Assembly: GCA_964202565.1 (NCBI GenBank)
Contig: CAXNJE010000001.1
Span: 315-64,314, forward strand
From: Breznakiellaceae bacterium
GTDB lineage: Bacteria; Spirochaetota; Spirochaetia; Treponematales; Breznakiellaceae
Reading direction: 5' to 3'
Length of the DNA: 64,000 bases
The stretch's first letter is position 1. Each line of letters starts with the position of its first letter. This document shows, piece by piece, positions 38,257 through 47,428 of this stretch. The notes below the pieces were generated by a model, which worked only from the letters and a program-made list of their open reading frames with translations, ran no database searches and was not told the DNA's origin. The position numbers and the translations under genes were made by a program.

Positions 38257-39795
38257 TTAGGTTATTACGACCCTGTATCCAAAAACGTCTTCGAACATAT
38301 CGGCTTTTTCTTCCATACCCAGGCGTTCGAGGGAAAGATCCTCATTGCCTTGGGTTCGGAGGACGATAGTATCCGATCTTTTTTCAAGTTCAATGGTTTT
38401 GATCCTTCGCGAATGACCCCGGTCCAAGGCATCGGCCACCCGCAGGATTGACGCAAGTTTGAGTACGATCATGCGTTCTTCCCGCTGGAGGGCGATATAG
38501 GCAATATGGGTGGAGTTTGGCGCTGATCGCCTGTGGTAGCGGACGACATTGGACACTACGTCCAAGTCGTCCCGGTGCAACCCGAAAATTTCCGAGTTTG
38601 CCACGATGTACTGGCTATGCTTGTGGTGTCCCGAACTCCGCAGATACATGCCTATATCGTGAAGGATTCCGGAGACTTCCAGCAGCAAACGCGCGCGCCT
38701 GTCCATGCCATGGTCCTCTTTGAGTGCATCGAAAAGCACCAGGGACAGGTGTGAGACGTGCAAGGCGTGGTCTTCGTCGAAATGATACTTGCGCCCCAGG
38801 CTAACGGCGGAAGCGATGACCTGGGAATAGAATTCTTCCAGCAGTTCGGGGTCCACTCCAGAGGCCATGTTGACGAGCATGCCCTCGCGTATGGAGACAT
38901 TGGGTACGATGATTTCGGTGGCGGCTGTCTGTTCCAGAAAAAGCTTGTAGGTGAGCAGGCCAGGAATGATGCCTTCGGCTTCCGCGAAGGGTATGCGCAG
39001 TTTCTGCACGCATTCTTCAATCGAGTACCCACGAATACGCTCCACGAAGCTCTCGAAGGCTTCACGGCGTATGAGTGCGCAGTTTTCGTTGATTTCCTCT
39101 CCCAGGCGGGCAGCTGCGAAGCGTGCATCCGAACCCGCGACGATGAAATTGCGTACATGGGTCAGATCAAGTTCGGAATTGAGTGTTTCGCAGGTGGTGC
39201 GCACGTGTTCTGCCAAAAAACGGAGCAGGTACTCGTTGGAACCGGTAGCCTGACGCACCTGCTGGTCAATAAGTATGGTTCCAAGGCGGATGCTGTGGGC
39301 GGCTACCATCTTGCCCCGCCGTAGCAGCATCATTTCAGTGGAGCCGCCGCCAACCTCGATGATTATCGAATTGGACCTGGAGAACTGGGGGTGGTCGTCT
39401 TTTATGGCATAGCGCACCGCCAGGTACATCAGCCGGTTTTCCTCGATACCCTCCACCACATTGATACGGAAACCGGTCTGTATCTGGACCCGGTCCATGA
39501 ATGAGTCACGATTGCGGGCTTCCCGCAAGGCGCTGGTGGCGATGACGCTGATGTCGTCATTCCCGATACCCCAACCCGAAAGGAGTTCGCGGAAACCATT
39601 CAGGACATTCAGACAATTGAGCAATGAATCCCTGGATACGAAGCCGCTGGTGAATACGTCGCGTCCCAGGGATACGGGTTTGCCTGCCCGGTCGACGATA
39701 CGCCAAATCCCGCCAGAGGCAATTTCCGCGACCACCATGCGAATGCCTGTCGAGCCGATCTCGACGACAGCGACAAGCCTTTTTTTATCCGGCAT
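38257..39795 (-). CDS. ppx: exopolyphosphatase (Ppx/GppA family) with C-terminal HD domain
   Basis: ASKHA-fold N-terminus VVEIGSTGIRMVV...IIEVGGGSTE, and the HD region ILHDIG. There is a 2-nt gap to the ppk start. Confidence 0.85.
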   Translation of the reverse strand: MPDKKRLVAVVEIGSTGIRMVVAEIASGGIWRIVDRAGKPVSLGRDVFTSGFVSRDSLLNCLNVLNGFRELLSGWGIGNDDISVIATSALREARNRDSFMDRVQIQTGFRINVVEGIEENRLMYLAVRYAIKDDHPQFSRSNSIIIEVGGGSTEMMLLRRGKMVAAHSIRLGTILIDQQVRQATGSNEYLLRFLAEHVRTTCETLNSELDLTHVRNFIVAGSDARFAAARLGEEINENCALIRREAFESFVERIRGYSIEECVQKLRIPFAEAEGIIPGLLTYKLFLEQTAATEIIVPNVSIREGMLVNMASGVDPELLEEFYSQVIASAVSLGRKYHFDEDHALHVSHLSLVLFDALKEDHGMDRRARLLLEVSGILHDIGMYLRSSGHHKHSQYIVANSEIFGLHRDDLDVVSNVVRYHRRSAPNSTHIAYIALQREERMIVLKLASILRVADALDRGHSRRIKTIELEKRSDTIVLRTQGNEDLSLERLGMEEKADMFEDVFGYRVVIT

Positions 39796-40769
39796 CAGGC
39801 ATTCCTGGCTAAAAGCGCTGCTCCCAGGGGCACTGCATCATCGCCCAGCGAGCCCACCAGGACTTGGACCTCGTTTATGACGCTCGGCATTGCATGCTCG
39901 CGCATCGTACTCAATACAAGGTCCAGGTAGCGTTCCTGCAGACGGTCTGCGAAACCGCCGCCGATAATGAAGGCCTCGGGATTAAGCAGCATCGCGATGC
40001 TCGCGAGCGCCACACCAAGGTGGAATGCGGAGCGGTCAACGATCTTGATGATATCCGGGTTGCCCTTTTCAAGGCCTTTCTCGAAGATCGAACTCTTGAA
40101 TTTGCGGAAATCGGTACCTGTCTTGTCTATCAGTTCCGGAAGATTCCCCGCCGCTGCCGCCGAAACCGCGTCCTTGGCCATCGCATTGCGGGAAGAAAAG
40201 GCTTCCAGGCAACCATATTGTCCGCACCCGCAGAGGGGTCCCCCTTCCTGTATTATGAGGTGCCCCACTTCGCCCGCCGAGCCCTTCCAGCCACGGTATA
40301 GTTTCCCGTCCAGAATAAGTCCGCCGCCTATACCGGTGCCCACGAAAACACCTACGACATGGCGCAGTCCCTTTGCCGCCCCCAGTTGGAATTCGGCCCA
40401 AGTCCCTGCGTTGACGTCATTCTCCATGAATACCGGGAGACCCAAGGCTTTCTCCAGGTTGGCGCGTAGGGGATAATCCTTAAGGTTGAGGTTGGTAAGG
40501 GTAACCGTGCCACGAACTGGATCCATGACGCCCGGAACCGCGGCACCGATGGCTTTCACTTTTTCCGGTGCCAGCCCGGCCTGTGCGCAGGCTTCCTGAA
40601 TGGTGGCCGCCATGGCTGCGGCTACCGCATCCGCACCCTCGTCACCCGGGGTCTTGCCTCGGGCCCTGGCTATGATGGTCCCATCGCCATCCACGAGGGC
40701 GGCAATCATTTTGGTGCCGCCCAGATCGAATCCGATATAGTACGCGTCATCTTTCATATCTTCAAGCAT
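39795..40769 (-). CDS. ROK-family glucokinase
   Basis: DLGGTK ATP motif and ROK zinc motif GHLI...CGCGQYGCLE. The stop overlaps the ppx start (TGATG). Confidence 0.8.
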   Translation of the reverse strand: MLEDMKDDAYYIGFDLGGTKMIAALVDGDGTIIARARGKTPGDEGADAVAAAMAATIQEACAQAGLAPEKVKAIGAAVPGVMDPVRGTVTLTNLNLKDYPLRANLEKALGLPVFMENDVNAGTWAEFQLGAAKGLRHVVGVFVGTGIGGGLILDGKLYRGWKGSAGEVGHLIIQEGGPLCGCGQYGCLEAFSSRNAMAKDAVSAAAAGNLPELIDKTGTDFRKFKSSIFEKGLEKGNPDIIKIVDRSAFHLGVALASIAMLLNPEAFIIGGGFADRLQERYLDLVLSTMREHAMPSVINEVQVLVGSLGDDAVPLGAALLARNA

Positions 40770-40823
40770 AGCTGAAAGTATGCGTATTATACAGGCCTCG
40801 GCAGCCCTGAAGAGTCTTTTGAA

Positions 40824-42248
40824 TCAGAGCTTGTCGATGAGCATGGAGCATTTCCCCGAAGGGATGGGAAGGGTTTTTTTCTTTTTTCCCAGAATGTTTA
40901 TGGTGAAGTAGTATAGTTTTTCGCTTTCCATGTGAATTTCCCAACCCCGACCGCTCTTGTTGGAAAGTATGGTTATCATATTCCGCTTGAGGGACAGATT
41001 CTCGATACCCATGATTTCCAGGTTGGGAATGATCCAATCCACCGTCTTTCGCGGCAGCGAGATTGAAAGTCCTACGATATTTTCTATCATGAGGCTGATC
41101 GTCGATAATCCCGCATAGGCAAGGTATTGGGGCCGGGGAAAATCTGCTTTGTCAGCCCGTTTTGCGGGACCTTCCTTTTTTGGAAGATACGCTTCCCAAA
41201 GGTTGCCCTTGTGGTGGTTCCCTTCGGGATTCATGGAGTCGAGGATATAGTATAAGTGGCGAATCGAGCATTCCCTCGCCAGGTCCCAGCGCTGGTACCT
41301 TTCCAGCCCCTTGATCACCATAAACGTAAAGGGCGGGATGACCGAGCCCCGATACCCGTTTCCGTCCGGGTCGAAGGAGGGTTCGTTCACGGCTACTGTG
41401 GGAAAAGGGTGTTCGGACCCGAAAAAGAGTGGGTCGCTGAGTTTGTCTATTATACGTTCGGCCTTGTCATCGTTGGGGAGTTCTGCCAGGAGCGGCCAAT
41501 AACCGGCTATTGTTTTGACCGGAATGCGCTTTTCGGCTTCATCCAGATCGTAGTAGAAGCCGGATTCGTTGTCCCACATCAGGGAGTTGATGCGGGTTTT
41601 TAGGGAGAAGTACAGGCGCTTGTACTGGAAGCTCGTTTCCTTGTCGTTAAGGATATCGCCCATGGCGGATATGTAGAGGGCATTTACGGCCATGGCTGAA
41701 TTGTAATCTACGTGATACACGGCTTTTTCGCGGGGGGCATTGTCCATTGAGGTGGCTGCGAGGGGAACCGCGTAAAGACCATTTGGCTGTTTGAAGGTCG
41801 CATCGATCCAGGCCATGTAACGCTGAAGTATGGGGAGAACATCTTTTACACGTTTCTTGTTGGCGGTCTTATGGTACAGGTTGAATTCAGCCCAAGCGAA
41901 AAGGGGCATGCCCAAGCCTTCCGGGTTGGAAGGGTCCGTAACAGGTATGCCGGTTTCGACATCGTAACGCCAGCGAATGGCTCCATTTGCCTCCTGTTTC
42001 TGGTAGAACAGGTCGAGCGTGGGATGGGCTTGGTATATCCTGTTGGAATACACAAGAAAAAAGGAGGAACAGATAGCGTCGAACTGATCGACTGTAGGAC
42101 TCCCGGGATACCCGAAGAACTTTCCTTCGAAGCCGCTTTCCTTTCCACCGGCAAGCCAGCAGTCTTGGATCCAGGCCCAGGTCCTATCGTATATATCCAC
42201 GAAATCCTGATCGTAAAAGTGGACTTTGGGAAAGTCGCGCTTCGTCAC
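40824..42248 (-). CDS. (alpha/alpha)6-barrel glycoside hydrolase, GH63/trehalase-like
   Basis: 474 aa with a GTG start preceded by GGAG. Motifs resemble GH63/GH37 six-hairpin enzymes (MWDNESGFYYDLD, TIAGYWPLLA, GYRGSVIPPFTFMVIKGL). Family call is by eye only. Confidence 0.55.
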   Translation of the reverse strand: MTKRDFPKVHFYDQDFVDIYDRTWAWIQDCWLAGGKESGFEGKFFGYPGSPTVDQFDAICSSFFLVYSNRIYQAHPTLDLFYQKQEANGAIRWRYDVETGIPVTDPSNPEGLGMPLFAWAEFNLYHKTANKKRVKDVLPILQRYMAWIDATFKQPNGLYAVPLAATSMDNAPREKAVYHVDYNSAMAVNALYISAMGDILNDKETSFQYKRLYFSLKTRINSLMWDNESGFYYDLDEAEKRIPVKTIAGYWPLLAELPNDDKAERIIDKLSDPLFFGSEHPFPTVAVNEPSFDPDGNGYRGSVIPPFTFMVIKGLERYQRWDLARECSIRHLYYILDSMNPEGNHHKGNLWEAYLPKKEGPAKRADKADFPRPQYLAYAGLSTISLMIENIVGLSISLPRKTVDWIIPNLEIMGIENLSLKRNMITILSNKSGRGWEIHMESEKLYYFTINILGKKKKTLPIPSGKCSMLIDKL

Positions 42249-42323
42249 GGGATCTCCTTATGGTAACAAAAAAATACCCTATGGGATTGAGTATGGATGA
42301 GATTTCTATACCCTATTCGAATT

Positions 42324-42352
42324 AGACTATCGGAATATGCCTAAAAAGTCAA
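42324..42352 (-). promoter_or_regulatory. candidate promoter for the GH63-like gene
   Basis: On the minus strand: TTGACT-17 nt-TAGTCT, about 75 nt upstream of the GTG start. Confidence 0.35.
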
Positions 42353-42474
42353 ACAATTTCGCGTTCCGGAAGCGCTTTGTCCCGGATTAGCCATCCTGGC
42401 TCCAATTGCAACACCAGTTGGTGCGCCTTGACAGGCCCTGCGTGCACGCGCATAGTCCTGAGCAGGAGACCTCC

Positions 42475-44862
42475 TTGTACAAGTCCCATATCGCGCTGGA
42501 GGCGCGTATCCTTCTTTCAACCGACGTAAAAACTTTTTGTTCCTGCGCCGTCGGTGACGAAGGCCGGGGGGGGACCTGTCCTGTTTGTCGTGGTGAGGAA
42601 GGTGCGGTTCCTACCTTGAACGTGGATGCTGCCCGCAAGGCATATTTTGCCGTCCGGGCCTTGGCCTGTGAAATCGTCAAGGATCCTGTATACGAACGAA
42701 ACCTCAATACCCCCGAAATGCCGGAAGAACACACACTTTCCCGTCTGTCCCTGAAAATCGGAACAAATGGATGGATGGACATCACCTTCCACCGAAGGAA
42801 GAAACGCATCCGTATTGCGGAGATTCGGGTCGAGGAAGACGCGGGACGGCTCACCCACTCGGGTAACCAGACGCGCATGGAATATGCGAACGCCGGTATG
42901 CCCAGTCTGCGTATACGAACGGAAGCGGATTTCGAGATTGGAGAGGAAGCCGAAGTTTTCCTGTCCGATTTAAGGCGCCGCATCCAATATCTTGAAATTA
43001 TTCCGGGGGTGCCCCTGGAAAGCGTTATACGATGCAATGCGCATGTCTCGATTGCGGCCTACCCCGAGGAACCCACCGATTTCGTCAAGCTCCGGAACCT
43101 CAATTCCTTCAACTTTGTCCGAAAAGCGGTCAATGTCGAACTTGGGCGCCAGGAAGATATCCTTTCGAACGGCGGTTCCATCGTTCCCGAAAGCCGCATC
43201 TGGAATGAAACCAGGAATCAGACCGAGGCTTTCCAGAAACGCAGTCCGGAATCACGGACCAGATTCGAGCCTGTGGCCGGTATTCCGACCTTCCCGCCGG
43301 ATCCGGTAGTGCTCGAAGCCCTGGACGCCTTTACGGTGGAGCTGCCGGAGGCACGCAGGGATCGGCTGGCGGCTCAGTACGGTCTTACTTTGGCCCAGGC
43401 CGAATTTGTGTGCGACGAAAAGAGCCGGGCGGATTATTTTGAGCAGGCAGTTACCGCAGGGGCCGCTCCGAAAGAGCTTGCCCACTGGTTGTCCACCTTC
43501 ATCGTCAAGGAATTCAAGCGCCTGCAACTGACACCGGCCTCGGCTTCCCTCACACCGGAACGGACGGCCGAACTATTGCGCATGCTTTCGGACCGGCGCA
43601 TACACGGGGGAATAGCCAAGCAGGCCATCGTTGCAGGATTGGAGTCCGGCCGCGATCCGGCTGAAATAGTGCGCGAGCGTGGTTGGGAACAGGTTACCGA
43701 CCGGGTCCTTATCCAGACTTTGGCCCGTTCCATCGTTGCCGCCAACCCGAAGGAAGTACGGCGGGTGCGCGAGGGGGATGCCCGGCCAATACGTTTTCTT
43801 ACCGGCCGGATCATGCAGGAAACCAACGGACTCGCGGAACCTACCCTGGTAAAGGAAATCCTCCGCGAGGAATTATCCGTCTCGCTCGTGTACGTGCTGG
43901 CTATGGGTGGCGCTATATCGGGCAGGTACGGGGAAGAGGGTACGGTAGAAAGCGGCGACGAACGGGTGTTGCGGGAACTGCTTAACGGCTGGGACGCCCC
44001 TTCGGGTATCCGCTTCGAACAGGTGCAGGTGGGCCGTTCGCTCTCGGAAGAGATAGTACCGGCCGACTGGGCTACCCTGATTACGGCGATTTCTGACAAG
44101 CTCAATTCCGGAACGGCCAACGGAATTGTGGTAACCCACGGAACCGACACGCTGGCCTACACGGCACCCCTGCTCTATTGGCTTTTTGCGGACGCCAACG
44201 CTCCTGTTGTCCTGGCTGCGTCATCTGCCCCACCGGGAAATTCCAGCGAGGCAGCCGAAACCCTGCGCCGGGCGGTGGCACTCGCCGTGGAAAAGAAGTC
44301 GGGTGTCTACGTCGTATACGGTTCGCAGGTCTTGTCCCCGATGAACCTTAAATTTGAACGGATCGGCCTTCATGCCTTCCGGAATTGGAACATGGACTCA
44401 TCCATCTTTACAGGAACATCCTTGTTGTCAGGCCCGCTGGAAGCCGACCGATATGTTTTGGCACAATTGCTTGAGGATGCGGTCAATTCCTTGTGCATTA
44501 TTCGGGTGTACCCGGGTTTGCGTCCCGACTATTTGATATCCCTTATGGACTTGGGGGTACGGAATTTTTTTCTGGAACTATACGATACGGGGACAGCGAA
44601 CCTTCGGGACGGCCCCTATTCCCTCAGAAGGGCTTTCTCCGCTGGTAAAAAGAAGGGTGTCCGTTTCTTCTGCAGCTCCCAACAGGAAGGTTCGGTGGAT
44701 TTCTCGGTCTATTCAAGTTCCCGGGAACTATGGAAGGAAGGCGCCATCCCCTTGGGCAGCATGGCTACAGAAACAGCCGTAACCCGATTCCTGGCTGCCA
44801 GCATCATCGCCGATAGCGATGAGGAATTGGTGGAACTTATGGATTGTACCGGTTCGGAATAA
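42475..44862 (+). CDS. fusion protein: GatB/GatE-like amidotransferase module + YqeY-like tail + L-asparaginase (GatD-like) domain
   Basis: N-terminal part: TFCSC...CPVC zinc-ribbon-like insert, EIRVEEDAGRL, IRCNAHVSI, LRNLNSFNFV, and the tail FLTGRIMQETNG. C-terminal part: VVTHGTDTLAYTAP, the asparaginase signature. Probable TTG start at 42475, 5 nt after AGGAGA; the ORF is open from 42406. Confidence 0.7.
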   Translation: MYKSHIALEARILLSTDVKTFCSCAVGDEGRGGTCPVCRGEEGAVPTLNVDAARKAYFAVRALACEIVKDPVYERNLNTPEMPEEHTLSRLSLKIGTNGWMDITFHRRKKRIRIAEIRVEEDAGRLTHSGNQTRMEYANAGMPSLRIRTEADFEIGEEAEVFLSDLRRRIQYLEIIPGVPLESVIRCNAHVSIAAYPEEPTDFVKLRNLNSFNFVRKAVNVELGRQEDILSNGGSIVPESRIWNETRNQTEAFQKRSPESRTRFEPVAGIPTFPPDPVVLEALDAFTVELPEARRDRLAAQYGLTLAQAEFVCDEKSRADYFEQAVTAGAAPKELAHWLSTFIVKEFKRLQLTPASASLTPERTAELLRMLSDRRIHGGIAKQAIVAGLESGRDPAEIVRERGWEQVTDRVLIQTLARSIVAANPKEVRRVREGDARPIRFLTGRIMQETNGLAEPTLVKEILREELSVSLVYVLAMGGAISGRYGEEGTVESGDERVLRELLNGWDAPSGIRFEQVQVGRSLSEEIVPADWATLITAISDKLNSGTANGIVVTHGTDTLAYTAPLLYWLFADANAPVVLAASSAPPGNSSEAAETLRRAVALAVEKKSGVYVVYGSQVLSPMNLKFERIGLHAFRNWNMDSSIFTGTSLLSGPLEADRYVLAQLLEDAVNSLCIIRVYPGLRPDYLISLMDLGVRNFFLELYDTGTANLRDGPYSLRRAFSAGKKKGVRFFCSSQQEGSVDFSVYSSSRELWKEGAIPLGSMATETAVTRFLAASIIADSDEELVELMDCTGSE

Positions 44863-44883
44863 ACATTGTCCTGTTTTTCGTGC

Positions 44884-45576
44884 TTAGTTGCGTGGGGGCG
44901 AAAGCTTTTCCGCGTTATCATTCATCGCTGTCCATGTCATGGTCAATGCTCCCGAGGGCATACGTTCCACTTTCAGGCAGTAAACCCGACAATTCCCGCA
45001 TGACACCAGCGGAAACCAGGTTTGCGTACCAAAGGTAGTTCTGAAAAGCCATTGCAGGAAACCTGCGTGGCTCACCGCGATGACCCTGCGCACCCCTTCG
45101 TGGGAACCGGAGATTTCGGCATCCCGCAGAAGTTCCCAGGCAGACATTGCCCTCTCGAAGAGAACCTTGGATTTTTCCGCACCCTCAACGCCTTCCCAGC
45201 TTTCGTGATGGAAGCGATCCCAGGCATCCGGTTCATTTTCCTTTATTTCATGCCAGCTTCGTCCGGTAAAATTACCTGTCTCAAGCTCAATGAGCCTGTC
45301 AGACGTGATAGGACTGTCTAACCGGGCTTCCTTGGCTATGAGTTCGGCCGTTTCCCGAGCCCTTGCCAAGGGGGAACAGAACAGAACCGTATTCGGATTT
45401 CCCGAAAGGGCTTTGCCTGCCTGCTCGGCCTGCTTCCTGCCCTTCGCGGAAAGAGGATAATTCTTGCGACCCTGAAAAATTCCTGCGGTATTTCCTTCGC
45501 TTTCGCCATGCCGCAACAACAGGAATTCAGTAGTCTGGGTCAGGTTCCCAAAAAAGTCCGTATCGGCGATTCTCAT
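44884..45576 (-). CDS. histidine phosphatase family protein (phosphoglycerate mutase-like)
   Basis: RHG motif LLLRHGESEGN and downstream SPL.RA. The start overlaps the stop of the upstream gene by 1 nt. Confidence 0.8.
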   Translation of the reverse strand: MRIADTDFFGNLTQTTEFLLLRHGESEGNTAGIFQGRKNYPLSAKGRKQAEQAGKALSGNPNTVLFCSPLARARETAELIAKEARLDSPITSDRLIELETGNFTGRSWHEIKENEPDAWDRFHHESWEGVEGAEKSKVLFERAMSAWELLRDAEISGSHEGVRRVIAVSHAGFLQWLFRTTFGTQTWFPLVSCGNCRVYCLKVERMPSGALTMTWTAMNDNAEKLSPPRN

Positions 45577-47363
45577 CAGTACACGATCCGGATGTGCTCG
45601 GTCGGGTTCCGATGCTTGATCTTCAGCATGAGCGTCTGTTCGGATTGGGAATAAGCCCAGCCGGAGGAATCGTAACGCTCAAAACGGGGGTCGGTACGGA
45701 AGTCGATACCGTACAGCTGGATTTTCACGAAGGGCTTAACGCCCCGTACGAGCAGGTAATGGGTGGTACCAACCGGGAAATCCGTCGCAATATCGATGGC
45801 GTTCCCATCCCGAGCAGCGCGGATCGGGGCGCCGGTCCATATCCAGATACTGGTTGCCGTATCCAACTGGAACGGCACCGTGCGGGGAAGCAGGTCCTCA
45901 GGATGCAAAAACCTGTAAATCCGGGAAGCGGGAATGCGTTGGCCATCAGCCGGCACCGGTGTGGCGGCACCGGCAGGCAAGGAAAGCCGTGTAGGAAGTG
46001 TCGCGCTGGCGTCTGCCAGGGAGAGGGCGGAAACTATGAGGCTTCGTCCGATATTTTCCCAAGCCTTGTTTTTCGTTTCACCCATGGCTTTGATCAAAGC
46101 CCGTCCCGCGCGGAGATTGAAGACTGAATCGGCCGTGTCATTTTCGACAAGGAATACCCGGTCATCCTGAGTCTTCCGTAGGAGGCCCGAGAACACGAAA
46201 AGGGATTGATCCTCCAGCCGGTCAAAAGGATTTTCCTGGTTTGGTCGGATCCTTTTCCAGTCCTTCGAGTATTCAAGAAATCCTGCGGCCTGGCGGGGCG
46301 TCATGGCGGTAGGATCGAAGCTAAGGGTAAAAGCGGCGATCGCATCAAGAAGCGTGCGGTTTCCACGCACATCCAGATAGGAGATCAGGTCGGGTTCGAT
46401 GAACAAGGCCGGATCGCGCTCATTTACCATTTTTGACAAACGCCCGAGCGTGTCGCGTTCTGCGGCGGCGTAGGTCCTCAAGCCCTGGTCCAAGCGGCCA
46501 AAGTAGACTGCGGACCGGTATGTACGATCGGTACCGTCCAAAAAGGCCTTTGGCACGCCGGCCACGGCCCCCCGATAATTTCCGCGCCTGGACGATTCGG
46601 CGGTATAGGTGACGACCGAATCTTCATCCGGAGTTTCAGCCATGGATCGTTCCCAATCTACGAAAGCGGTATCCGTCCATTGCTGGACAATCCTATTATA
46701 GGAAGCCGCATCACTCGCGGCGGCGATCGAGAAGTCCGCGGGATCGAAGCCTTTCTTGGCTACGAATTTTCCGTAGGCGAAGGTGGGGGAGGTTGAATTC
46801 AGTATGATAGCCCGCTTGTCGTTGTCGATTTTGCCGGATAGAACAAAGGATTCTCCCGCAACAATCAAGCTGGGTTTACCTTCAATAGCCTCTCCAGACC
46901 GTGCGGAACGAAGCGGACGGAATGGAAGGCGCAATTCGGTGACGCCTTTAGGAAACGCAGCCCGGGCTTGAAGCAATTCCTCGCCATCGACGAACTCTGT
47001 CATGAAACTGAGTTGTGTGCCATCCTCCAGGACGATGCGCACTGCGTTGTTTTCGTTTTCAAAAGAAGCCGGAGCGATCGGTCGGGGCGCGGTATTCCCC
47101 TTGACCGATGCCAGACCCTCGTTGCCTGCGAGCCGGAATTCCATGCCATTGAAAAAGACAGCCAAGGGACCAACCAGTTTCCGTCCCGCTTTGGATTGCC
47201 CTTTCGCATCGCCACCTTTTGCGTACTTTCCGCTGACTGTCAGGGACCCGATAGTCATCGTAAAACCCGTATTATTGGAGAACTGAACCAGCGCCAAGCC
47301 TAGCGCAACAGCAAGATATGCGGTGACGACGATGAATCCGCGTCGGAATGGATGTCTTTTCAT
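45576..47363 (-). CDS. hypothetical membrane-anchored protein (595 aa)
   Basis: A single N-terminal TM/signal anchor (FIVVTAYLAVALGLALVQF). No recognisable catalytic motif. Confidence 0.5.
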   Translation of the reverse strand: MKRHPFRRGFIVVTAYLAVALGLALVQFSNNTGFTMTIGSLTVSGKYAKGGDAKGQSKAGRKLVGPLAVFFNGMEFRLAGNEGLASVKGNTAPRPIAPASFENENNAVRIVLEDGTQLSFMTEFVDGEELLQARAAFPKGVTELRLPFRPLRSARSGEAIEGKPSLIVAGESFVLSGKIDNDKRAIILNSTSPTFAYGKFVAKKGFDPADFSIAAASDAASYNRIVQQWTDTAFVDWERSMAETPDEDSVVTYTAESSRRGNYRGAVAGVPKAFLDGTDRTYRSAVYFGRLDQGLRTYAAAERDTLGRLSKMVNERDPALFIEPDLISYLDVRGNRTLLDAIAAFTLSFDPTAMTPRQAAGFLEYSKDWKRIRPNQENPFDRLEDQSLFVFSGLLRKTQDDRVFLVENDTADSVFNLRAGRALIKAMGETKNKAWENIGRSLIVSALSLADASATLPTRLSLPAGAATPVPADGQRIPASRIYRFLHPEDLLPRTVPFQLDTATSIWIWTGAPIRAARDGNAIDIATDFPVGTTHYLLVRGVKPFVKIQLYGIDFRTDPRFERYDSSGWAYSQSEQTLMLKIKHRNPTEHIRIVY

Positions 47364-47428
47364 TAAGGATAGGATAGCCTATTCATGGATAATGTTTCAA
47401 CTTGTCGAGTTTGGACCGATCATATACA

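Noticed and set aside
42397-42410. Sigma-54-like element TGGCTCCAATTGCA upstream of the GatB-like fusion gene.
   Set aside because: The GG-to-GC spacing is 10 nt instead of the canonical 12, so it does not fit a -24/-12 promoter.
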